NCBI RefSeq assembly: GCF_009914755.1
Contig: NC_060946.1
Strand: one strand, 5' to 3'
Source: the human T2T-CHM13v2.0 reference genome, Homo sapiens
DNA: 64,000 bases
Shown: in pieces, positions 36,355 through 52,484 of the stretch
Position numbering within the stretch: position 1 is the stretch's first letter
How the letters are laid out: each line of letters starts with the position of its first letter
Translations under genes and position numbers: made by a program
Notes under the pieces: model-generated
Seen by the model: only the letters and a program-made list of their open reading frames with translations
Database searches by the model: none
Told to the model about the DNA's origin: nothing

Positions 36355-37430
36355 TAGGTTCTTACCCTAACTCCACCACTAACTCAATTGTAATCAGGGA
36401 ATGTCCCTCCTTTTTGGAGCTGGTTTGCTTCTCTATAAATAAGGGACTGGGCTCATTGATGGCAAAAATGTGGCAGAATACTATTTATCTTCTGTGTTGT
36501 GCCTAGAGGGCACCCACTAGGTCACAGCAGCACTCTTTCCCAAAGAGCCTAGATGTGTCACCGTGATTCTCCCGTGCTTTAGACACCCTCACTAACAATA
36601 GCGGGGAGGTTATGCCTCTTTGCCATCTGTGTACAAGGCGATCTGGAAGGGCCTTCCAGCTCTAACATCTCATAGTTCTAAAACTTAGGTTGGAGAGGGG
36701 GCACTGAACTCCTAGGTTTACAGAGATGTTCACCTTAAGCCCTGATGAAGTCTTTTCTTAAAAGAGTGACTTGAAGATGAGGAAGGATGTCAGAAGGCCC
36801 CTCCCGCTTCCTCCAGGAGGGAGGAGGGAGGGACCCAGGGCTGGTCCACTTGAGGCTGCTGATGGCCTTGGCTAAGGAGCAGAGGATTCTAAGGCTGTTG
36901 TCAACAGTTCCTTTGAGGCCGTGGGGTTCCTTGGTCCAAGTACAGTTTGCCCACAGCCTTGCATCCTTTCCCATAGATCCTCTCTCACTATCCATCAAAC
37001 CCAAGCCAAGTCTCTTGTAGATGCTCAATTAGGAGACAGGCCAGAACCAGCCTAAGGGATATACAAGTCAAACCCTGTTACGTGCTGTAGAAAGTCACAC
37101 ATACAGTCCATAGTTCAGCAATACACACGCTGGAAACCCCAAATTCCATAAGAAAATGGTACTTAAGAACAGTGATTCTCAAAGGTCTTGCAGAACTCTG
37201 AAGTTCCAGATACTGAGCCAAAATGATTCAACAGGAAAATTGAATGGTGATTCTTTTTTCGAACTACAGGAAAAGTTTGAGTGGAGAGGATTTTCCCAGT
37301 TGTGCCTTTTTTCCCTTTTCCTCACTTTTTCTTAAGATTTACAAGCTCCCCCCACTTGCCTGTTAACAAGCGGCCAGAGTAGATCTCACTATTTCTAAGT
37401 GTGACCACACTTTTGTTAAAAATCTACTTT

Positions 37431-37725
<295 letters not shown>

Positions 37726-38349
37726 TTCTACTTTGTTTTCAAAATATTCAACACTGTCCCACTGAATGACAGTGAGCCCTCTCCCGTGGAAGGGGGATTT
37801 GTGGTTGTCTTCTTGGAGATCCCCAAACTTTTGCTTTGGAAATGTAGACTCTTTTACTAATTTTTAAAAATTATCATACATGCATTTGACACAAAAGTTA
37901 AGAGGAACAAAAGGGCAAATAGTAAAAAGTAAGTGTCGCTAGGTGTGGTTGCATGCGCCTGTAGTCCCAGCTGCTGGAGAAGATGACTTGAACCCAGGAG
38001 TTCGAGGCCAGCCTGGGCAATATAGTGAAGCCCTGTCTCAAAAAAAAAAAAAAAAATGGGTCTCCTTAAATCCTGTTTCCCGATGTCCCAGGTTCCCTGC
38101 CCAGAAGCAACCACAATTTTCAAGCAACCACCTTTTTTTTTTTTTTAAAGAAAAAGAAAGAAGATCAAAGCATCTGCTCCATACACTCTTGGTACTGTTT
38201 TTTAATCAAATTGGTGACAACTTGTTATATATGTATACATTATAAATGTATGCATGTATGTATATCTTTATTAGGAAAAGACTTGGTGACCAAAGTCAGT
38301 AAAGCTTTTAAGTTACATTTTATTCATCACATCAGTATCCACATACATT

Positions 38350-38663
38350 TATTTTATTTTTATTTTATTTTATTTTTTTGAGACGGAGTTTCACTCTGTT
38401 GCCCAGGCTGGAGTGCTATGGCGCGATCTCGGCTCACTGCAACCTCCCCGCCTCCTAGGTTCAAGTGATTCTCCTGCCTCAGCCTCCTGAGTAGCTGGGA
38501 CTACAGGCGCCCACTACCGTGCCTGGCTAATTTTTGTATGTTTAGTAGAGACGGGATTTCACCAAGTTGGTCAGGCTGGTCTTGACCTCCTGACCTCAGG
38601 TGACCCACCCGCCTCGGTGTCCCAAAGTGCTGAGATTACAGGCGTGAGCCACCGTGCCCGGCC
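38350..38663 (-). mobile_element. Alu in APOL5 intron 2
   Basis: Antisense dimer flanked by the direct repeat gtatccacatacattta (TSD). Confidence 0.9.
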
Positions 38664-38842
38664 TTGTATCCACATACATTTAGAAGAGAGCTGTTTGTGG
38701 ATGAATGGAATAGTAAGCCATCAGCCTAGGCCTGCATAGGGGTAGTTTGAACTGTGCTCCTGCTAAAAACACACGGCCACCCCCACCCAGGGCTCCAGGC
38801 CAGAGTGGACCTTCTGTCTGTCTGTCTGTCTGCTGCCCACAT

Positions 38843-39890
<1,048 letters not shown>

Positions 39891-39963
39891 ACATTGTACC
39901 TCGATTCTCAGGGCTCTGCCTCCTGCACACATTTTAGTGCTCAGATTGCCTAGATGTCTTTAG

Positions 39964-40947
39964 CCTCACTCGTGAACCTGTGCCAGAGTTGGAAAATTAA
40001 CAATTTGATGTCAACTGTCCACAGTGATGAGGCTGGTATGCTGTCCTACTTTCTGTTTGAAGAGCTGATGCGATGTGACAAAGATTCCATGCCAGATGGA
40101 AATCTGTCAGAGGAGGAAAAATTGTTTCTCTCATATTTTCCTTTGCACAAGTTTGAGCTAGAACAGAACATCAAAGAACTTAACACCCTTGCGGACCAAG
40201 TTGACACCACTCACGAGTTGCTTACCAAGACCAGCCTGGTGGCCAGCTCTTCCGGGGCTGTTTCTGGGGTCATGAACATCCTGGGTTTGGCCCTAGCACC
40301 TGTGACAGCAGGAGGCAGTCTCATGCTCTCAGCAACTGGGACAGGGTTGGGGGCAGCAGCTGCCATCACCAACATAGTAACAAATGTCTTAGAAAATAGA
40401 AGCAATTCAGCAGCAAGAGACAAAGCCAGCCGACTGGGGCCTCTGACAACATCACATGAGGCTTTCGGAGGAATAAATTGGTCTGAAATCGAGGCTGCTG
40501 GCTTTTGTGTTAATAAGTGTGTAAAAGCTATCCAGGGCATCAAGGATCTTCATGCCTACCAGATGGCCAAATCCAACTCTGGCTTCATGGCTATGGTCAA
40601 GAATTTTGTGGCCAAGAGACACATCCCTTTCTGGACGGCTAGAGGGGTGCAGAGAGCCTTTGAGGGCACAACTCTGGCCATGACCAATGGTGCCTGGGTG
40701 ATGGGTGCTGCTGGGGCTGGCTTCTTACTTATGAAAGACATGAGCAGCTTCCTGCAGAGCTGGAAGCACCTGGAGGATGGGGCAAGGACGGAGACAGCAG
40801 AGGAACTGAGAGCACTTGCTAAGAAGCTGGAGCAGGAGCTGGACCGGCTCACCCAGCACCACCGGCACCTGCCGCAGAAGGCGAGCCAGACCTGTTCCAG
40901 CTCCCGGGGCAGGGCTGTTCGAGGATCCCGTGTGGTTAAACCAGAAG
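39964..40947 (+). CDS. APOL5: APOL5 coding exon 3, the ApoL domain
   Basis: 984-nt exon inside ORF 39954..40991. Carries ApoL hallmarks (LADQVDTTHELLTKTSLVASSSGAVSGVMNILGLALAPVTAGGSL; AEELRALAKKLEQELDRL). Acceptor tttAG at 39962-39963, donor G|GTAGGA at 40948. Confidence 0.97.
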
Positions 40948-41248
40948 GTAGGAAGGCAGCGAATAACACGGACGTGGTCTTGCTCTTCTAAAAGCTTACC
41001 ATGAGGGTGGGGGGCGACGAATGCTAAACGGACACATCAGTGCATAACTACAGCTGCCCCTTCTGCAAAGAGAGGACTTGCCGCACACCCCTGACATTAA
41101 CTAGGCGCCCTCTGTTCTTCCCAGAATTGCGTTCTGTTCTCTCAAAGCCCTGACCATAAATAACCATAAATTCTTGAAATCCCATATTTGTGTGTTTGTG
41201 GGGGTGCTCCCTGTCTGCCTCTCCTGTGGTCTGCAGGCTCTGGCAGGG

Positions 41249-41421
41249 AAGGATAATTTGGCGGATAGGGGTCCAGGGAGTGAGCAGTGCTGGTTGCTGG
41301 GACTGGAGATGACATCATAGGAAGTCGAAGTCGCCCTCTTGCGCTGAGCCGGTTCCTGGGTAGAGGCCACAAGATCAGATGAGCCAGTTTATCAGTCTGG
41401 GTGGCGACAGCTGAGCCATTG
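41249..41421 (-). repeat. 173-bp copy of the LTR8-like segment 39326-39498, in APOL5 intron 3
   Basis: Collinear and the same length, from aaggataatttgg to gctgagccattg. Confidence 0.85.
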
Positions 41422-41962
41422 TGTCCCTCTTGTCCATACCAGTATCCCCAGCACCTAGCAGTGCTTGGCACATAGCCAGTGTGCCGGAAATACGTGTTGA
41501 ATGACGTGAATGTGGCATTGCGTGATAAAAACGGCACTTCAAATGAGTTGGGAAAGGATTTTTATTTGAAAAGTAGTTTACATTTCTAGACTCTCCTATG
41601 TAGAGAAATTAAATTCCTAGATATAAAAACTGAAACAAGAAAACTGCTACCAAAAAATAAAGGAGAATTTCGAGATTCATCTTTAATAGAATGACGCGGT
41701 AGCAAGGTCACAACCTGAAACCCGGGAAAAGGACACATAAGTGTTTGCCGAAGATGTGAAGGCTCAAATGTTCATTCACTCATTGTCCATTCAACAGATT
41801 TTCATTAAGTGGGGCCTGTGATGGGCCGAGGACTTAGGAGGTGGCTCCAAATGTGTCTGCATGTTGGAATTATCTGGAAACTGCAAAAAATACTGATGAG
41901 TGGGTGGGTCCCACCCCCAGGGACTGGGCTTTATTTGGTCTGGGATATGACCTGGATTTTAG

Positions 41963-42275
<313 letters not shown>

Positions 42276-42475
42276 GACTTTAGACATTTTTAAAGATCTC
42301 CAGGTAATTCTGCGGTGCCGCCAAGTTTGGGACCCACTGCCCTGGGGCGGGAGGGGTTTTCTTCTTCTCAAAGCCAATAGAAATTTGCTCTCTGGGGACA
42401 TATTTGAGCTTCTGAACGTCCAGGGGCAGATCTCTTTCTTGGAAGTTGTAAGACACAGGGACTCATGTTCCACAG

Positions 42476-42651
42476 GGTCTCGCTCACCTCTCCCCTGGCC
42501 TGTTGTGGAGCACCAGCCTAGGCTGGGCCCTGGCGTGGCACTGAGGACACCAAAGAGGACAGTCTCTGCCCCAAGGATGCTTGGCCACCAGCCAGCCCCA
42601 CCAGCACCAGCAAGAAAGGGGAGACAGGCCCCGGGAAGACACCGACAATGA
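42476..42651 (+). CDS. APOL5: APOL5 coding exon 4 (GSRSPLPWP...APGRHRQ*); exon continues to 42657
   Basis: Acceptor ttccacAG ends at 42475; TGA at 42649-42651; donor GAG|GTAAGT at 42658. Exon sum 55+87+984+176 = 1302 nt = 433 aa plus stop. Confidence 0.93.
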
Positions 42652-43106
42652 GAAGAGGTAAGTGGGACGCAAGGAAGCCAGGAGCTGTGGGAACCCCTGA
42701 CAGTGAAGTAACCCCTCCTTGGGTGGGTGGGCTTCAGGGAAAGAGAGGGAGGGCCTAACGGGGACAGAGGTTGTTGCTACCTTTCCATCCGGCCACCTGC
42801 CACGCCACCTGGTGCCTTTGCCAGTCAGTGAGATCACTGAGCTCTCTCTGTACTTCCTGCCAGATGGGCCATTCGTTCATTCATGAAGTTAATCAATGCA
42901 CAAATCTCAATTGGGCACACCTCTGTGCCGGGCATCATGCCAGACCTAGCAGTGAATAAGACAGAAAAGTACTAGGTGTGCAAAGTGAAGAATGACCTCG
43001 CCCAGCCCTGTAATATGTGGGAGCTCAAGTGAACCCACTGTGGGATCCCTAAGATGCTGCAGAAGTGAGTAAACTATTTCCTTTCTTTTTTTTTTTTATA
43101 CCCTAG

Positions 43107-43235
43107 TTGGTCACCCTGTCACCACTGAACCTTGATTTAACAGAGGCAAAATGCAAGTCTTCCCTGAAGAATACTGGGGGTAGGGAAACTTCTAGTGGCA
43201 ATGATAAAACCAGCAGCAATGATAATAGAAGGCAA
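43107..43235 (+). other. APOL5: Probable APOL5 non-coding last exon (3'UTR); 3' end approximate
   Basis: Long polypyrimidine tract then ccctAG ending at 43106, which pairs with the donor at 42658. Only a variant GATAAA signal (43203-43208) lies nearby. Confidence 0.7.
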
Positions 43236-44092
43236 ACTTGCAATGGTCTGTGGTAACCCCTGGGGACTCCAGAAATACCTGGGGTGGAAGATAAATTTGC
43301 AAGAGACCAGGCTTTTTTGTGTGTACAGATGGAATTGGAGGCCAAGAAGACCTACGTGTTCATGTTAATTAAGACTGGAGCCGGGACACATTCCAAACTC
43401 ATGGATTTTCCAAATTGTATGTAACTACATAGTACCTTTATAATGAAAATGAAAAAAGTTTTAAACTATCACCTGCCACTCCTCCCCCTCTTCCCTCCTG
43501 TCATCTGTCATGACTCTGCAAGTCAACACCTTTGCATGGAGACTGTTGCTCAAGCTAAGATCCATTCTCCATTTCCAGGGCCCTGCAATGACAAGTTAAT
43601 GATTTGAGAAAAGCTGTTATTGAGAGAAAACTATCCCTTTACTGTAGCATAATTTATAATCATGAAAAATATGGAGCCATTAAAATGTTCTAACACTAGG
43701 GAACTGGTTACATACAAAATATTCATCCACTTGATAAAACACTACATAGCTGTCAGAAATGATGCTCACTCAATGACTGGGTTAACGTGGAAAATGTTGA
43801 TTGTATTATTAGGTGGAAAAGAGCAAGGACTTTCTTACCTTTTACCTAAGGGGAAACACATCTCTCAAACTTGTGTGTAGGAAAACAAAACCCCTTAAAG
43901 GAATACAGCAAGGTCACAATGCAGCTGTTTATTTAGAGGTAAATTTGGTGATTCCTTCCCCTCTTCTTTCTGCCTTTCTGTGTTTTTCAAGTTTTCAGTT
44001 ATGCACATTACAGTTTTATAAAATAGAAGGAATATAGATAATAAATATTTACATCAAATCTAAAATAAAATGTTTAAAAAGAGGACAAACTC

Positions 44093-46990
<2,898 letters not shown>

Positions 46991-46993
46991 TCA

Positions 46994-47476
<483 letters not shown>

Positions 47477-47959
47477 CTAGACACTGTGCTGAGTACTTTA
47501 CACGTCCTGTCTTATCTCATCCTTGCAAAACACTGCTACAGTAGGAACATTTATTGACTGAAGTTTATAGACAAGGACTCTAGGGTGCAGAGCTGTTAAG
47601 TATTAATAAGTTGCTCAAGGTCATCCACCTAGCAGGTGGCAAATCTGAGTTAGAACCCTTCAACTCTTGGTTCCTTGCTCTTAACAATTAGCCTGCACTG
47701 CCTTGGTTATCCTGAGGTCGCACCACTAAAGCACGGAAGGGCTGAAATTCACACATGCCTGTGCTTGTAGGCCTAAGGGAGAAATTTGAAGTTTGAGCCT
47801 GAGCAAGTGTTGCCAATGCTGGCAACACTTACTCTTAAAATGATTTGGAGATTAATATTTTCCACACACACACATCAAAATTAATAGTTACATTCAGTCT
47901 GCACTTGGCAGGGATTTTTCACAAGCATTGATCCAAATTCTCCCAGATTTGTGTAAGGC

Positions 47960-48165
47960 AAGGGTCAGCAGTGCGTGGGCCAAACCAGGCCTACCACCTG
48001 TTTCTTAAAGTTTTATTGGAAGATTACCAGGTCCTCCACTGATTGTCTGCAGCTGCTTTTGTGCTACAGTGGCCAAGTTGAGAAGCTGTGACAGAGACCG
48101 AAAGGCCTGTGCAACCTAAAATATTTACCATCTGGTGACATTCAGAAACAGCGGGTTGACCCCTG
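47960..48165. mobile_element. MER58-type hAT DNA transposon
   Basis: caagggtcagca...aaaatatttaccatctgg...gttgacccctg. Confidence 0.6.
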
Positions 48166-48519
48166 GTCCAAAGCATTCAAGACAAGCAACTTTTGAGTAT
48201 CTAGAATTCTGGCTTTCAAAATGAGAAATTGCTGTCTGTGAGCCGGGAAACCAATTTCCGAACCTAGAAGGAACCAGGGGGCGATGGTGTTTCTGTGAGA
48301 GCACTTTGCACACTTGCCTCCTTTCTGTCACAGGGCCAGGCAGCCCTCAAGCGAGTAAGGTGAAAGGTTGGAGGTAGGTTCAGTGCTGACCTCAAGAGAG
48401 GCCTGGCGCTGGGCAGTCTACCCTGTCCCTCCCCACAGAGCTCACTGCCTCACTTTCCACCTGGCCTCTTTCTCCTCCCGCAGACCAGTTCTCTCTGCAC
48501 TACTCATCGGCTTACCCGT

Positions 48520-49056
48520 GGATCCAGGCTCAGAAAACATTCCACCTGTGTGAAACTGTGCAAGACCCACGGATCCAGGCTCAGAAAACTTGCCACCTGT
48601 GTGAAACTGTGCAAGACCCGTGGATCCAGGCTCAGAAAACATTCCACCTGTGTGAAACTGTGCAAGACCCACGGATCCAGGCTCAGAAAACTTGCCACCT
48701 GTGTGAAACTGTGCAAGACCCGTGGATCCAGGCTCAGAAAACATTCCACCTGTGTGAAACTGTGCAAGACCCACGGATCCAGGCTCAGAAAGCATTCCAC
48801 CTGTGTGAAACTGTGCGAGACCCACGGATCCAGGCTCAGAAAGCATTCCACCTGTCTGAAACTGTGCGAGACCCACGGATCCAGGCTCAGAAAGCATTCC
48901 ACCTGTCTGAAACTGTGCGAGACCCGCGGATCCAGGCTCAGAAAGCATTCCACCTGTGTGAAACTGTGCGAGACCCGCGGATCCAGGCTCAGAAAGCATT
49001 CCACCTGTGTGAAACTGTGCGAGACCCGCGGATCCAGGCTCAGAAAGCATTCCACC
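48520..49056. repeat. 51-bp minisatellite (VNTR-like), 10.5 copies
   Basis: Unit GGATCCAGGCTCAGAAAACATTCCACCTGTGTGAAACTGTGCAAGACCCAC; GGATCC recurs every 51 bp from 48520 to 49030. Confidence 0.97.
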
Positions 49057-49202
49057 ATGCCCAGCTAATTTTTGTATTTTTAGTAGAAACAGGGTTTCAC
49101 TATGTTGGCCAGGCTGGTCTTGAACTCCTGACCTCAGGAGATCCACCCCCACCTCACCTCCCAAAGTGCTGGGATTACAGGCGTGAGCCACTGCGTCTGG
49201 CC
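49052..49202 (-). mobile_element. Truncated Alu (left monomer and linker) fused to the 51-bp array
   Basis: ccaccatgcccagctaatttttgtattt...gagccactgcgtctggcc. Confidence 0.85.
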
Positions 49203-50948
49203 AGCTTCTGTTATTTAAAAATTACTCAGTTTATGGTATTTTGTTATCAGCTCAAATGGACTAGACAGGAACATAGGTTTTGAGTAGAAAAAGGGTTTAT
49301 TTCAAGCATATTGAATTTTAGAAGCCTGTGGGGCTGCAGCTGGACGTGAGTCTAGACTCTAGGAAAGCTTTATGAACTCCAGTTTGGATTTAAGAGTCAT
49401 TAGCTTACAGGCAGAAATGGGTCTCAACAGTGATCTTTTCAGTGGAGTATGGGAAGAAGTTGGCCTACAACTGAGCCCTAGAGGAATAACAAGATTTAAA
49501 AGAGAGCTGGAGGAAGAGGAGCCTACAAGAGGCAGAGAGGCAGCCAGAGACAGGAGTGCAGTGCTGGCTCTGATTTCTGTGGGGTTTCCACAAGAGCAGC
49601 ACTTAGAAACACTAGCAGTCAGAGGTTAAAGGCATACACTTGGGAGCAACTGCCTGGGTTTGGATCCTGGTTCTGCAACTTCCTACTTATGTGACTTTGA
49701 GAAAGTTAGTTAATCTCTCTATGCGTCCAGCTTCATCTTTTAACAGAGGAATAACAATACTGTCAGGTATAGGCTTTGATTTCTCCTTCCTTAGAAGCTG
49801 ATGCATTAGCCTGTTATTGTTTCACGGATATTGGTGGAAGACACACGACTCGGTGAGAGGCAAAGGACTTTATTACTCACAGTGCAGCAGGCAGCATGAG
49901 CACCAGCATATGGAACAGTTCCATGAGCCCCCGAGTCCCACAGGCCTGGATAGATGTGGCGCAGGTAGTAGGTTTGCGCTGCAGCTGAGGAGCACTGAGC
50001 TTAGGGGATCCACCTCTTTTATAACAGGTAGTAAGCAAGCTTGCTGTTTGTCCTGAGGGGATACAAGTTTTCTTGCTGCAAACACAACCCCCAGAAATGG
50101 CCTGGGGAAGGGGCAATCCAGGTTTTGCATGCTTGTCAAACCCAGCAGGAAGGCAGGAGCAGGAGCTGCAGACAGAAGTGCCTCAGGGGGCACCCGCCTC
50201 ACAGAGCTGCTGGGAAGATGAAAGGAGTGAAAATGGGCAAGTGCCACCAACAGCGCTCCACACTCATGTCCACTGTTGTTACTAGGGGTGGCAATGTGGA
50301 GGAAGGCAGGGCTGAAAAGTGCATCATTTACATCCAAAATGGAAAGCAGTAATTCAACAAATAGGTACTGAATGCTTACAATGCACCAGGCAAATGGAGA
50401 TACAGCAGCCAACAGAACAAAGTCTTTGACCTCCAGGTGCCTGCATTTTAGTACAGAAAGACAGACACCAAATAAACTACCAGGGGAGCACATTGTACAG
50501 GGCCTTGTAGACCAAAATAAGGACTTGGAACTGGCTACGGGATGGGAAGCCAAAGAAGTTTGCACAAAAGCACGTCACAATCCGATTGAACAGGCTGTCG
50601 AGAGAACAAACTTCGGCGATGGAGAGCTGTCGGAGAAAAGGTGGAGGCAAGGAGACCAGTTTAGGAGATAAGACGAGGCCGGGCAAGGACGTGCCAGCTT
50701 GGAGTGGGTGGTGGTGGTGAGGTACTCGCTCACTTTGGCCTGTCACAGTCCAACACACAAGGGAAGCAGCCTTGGGAACACTCAGCAGTCAAGCAGGTGA
50801 ACAGAGGAGCATCCGTTCACTGTCATCCTCAGGGGCTGCTTCCAGGTACTGGAGGTAGAAGGCAGGCAGCCACAGGGTGAAGATCAAGTAATTGGAGTCA
50901 GCCGGTAGAAACTTATTCCAGAAGTTTGCCACAAAAGAAACAACTTAG

Positions 50949-51253
50949 GGCCAGGTGTGGTGGCTCACACCTATAATTCTAGCACTTTGGGAGGCCGAGG
51001 CGGGTGAATCTTTGAGGTCAAGAGTTTGAGACCAGCCTGACCAACATGGTGAAACTCCGTCTCTACCAAAAATACAAAAATTAGCCAGGCTTGGTGGTGC
51101 ATGCCTATAATCCCGGCTACTCACGAGGCTGACGAAAGAGAATTGCTTGAACCTGGGAGGCAGAGGTTGCAGTGAGTCGAGATAGCACCACTGCACTGCA
51201 GCCTGGGCAACAGAGTGAGACCCTGTCTCAAAAAAAAAAAAAAAAAAAAAAAA
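50949..51253 (+). mobile_element. Alu
   Basis: Full dimer with poly(A). Confidence 0.9.
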
Positions 51254-51618
51254 AGAGTACAAGGAATAACTTGAGATTTTCCAATTTTTTTTTTAACTTA
51301 AGATCTAAGCACGCTTAAGTGCCAAAGGGACTATTGAGAGGAAGAGGCAAACCAGGCAAGGGAGGAAACTGAAGCAAAGCACCGAGCAGGTGGGAAAGGC
51401 TGGGATGCAGAGCACAGGTGTGGGGTTCACGGTGATGTGAAGAATGCCTCTAATAGAACGAGAGAGAAGGGGAAAGACACCCTGTGTGGAATTCAAGTAG
51501 GCTTGTAGATCTGGTAGGGAAACTTCATTCAGGGAGACTATGTCTGACAACCTCCATATTCTGTGAAATAGGAAGCATGATGATCTCATATGGTGAAGTG
51601 AAGGGAGTTAGAGATTTA

Positions 51619-52208
<590 letters not shown>

Positions 52209-52484
52209 CTAGGGGAGGGTGGACGGTGAAGAAGTGAAGCTGAAAGATTTCAGAAGCAGCTTTTGGACAGACTGGAGTTCACAGCTGGGGAAGCTGAGAG
52301 CAGCTGACACACGCTTACCTTCTGGCTTCTCATCACCATTTAGAACGTCTCACCTTAGAACGCCTGGCACTTTTCCTTCTTGTCCCCCCCTGCCCCCGCT
52401 TAAAAAGTCAAATCCAAGTGGTATCTTTGGAGCCTCAGGCAGAGGCAACAGGGAACGAGGATTAATACACACAGCCCAAAGAAT

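Noticed and set aside
40211-40969. Antisense ORFs over APOL5 exon 3
   Set aside because: Codon-aligned shadow ORFs of the real CDS, with no independent support.
48520-49056. Possible CRISPR-like array
   Set aside because: The units are contiguous with no unique spacers, there are no cas genes, and the context is primate.
48442-49283. 172-249-aa ORFs with 17-aa Cys/His-rich repeats
   Set aside because: A 51-bp unit is a multiple of 3, so any stop-free frame stays open. The ORFs occur on both strands and run into an Alu.
49873-50565. 230-aa minus-strand ORF
   Set aside because: It spans old LTR-like and L2-like remnants, with no recognisable domain or exon structure.
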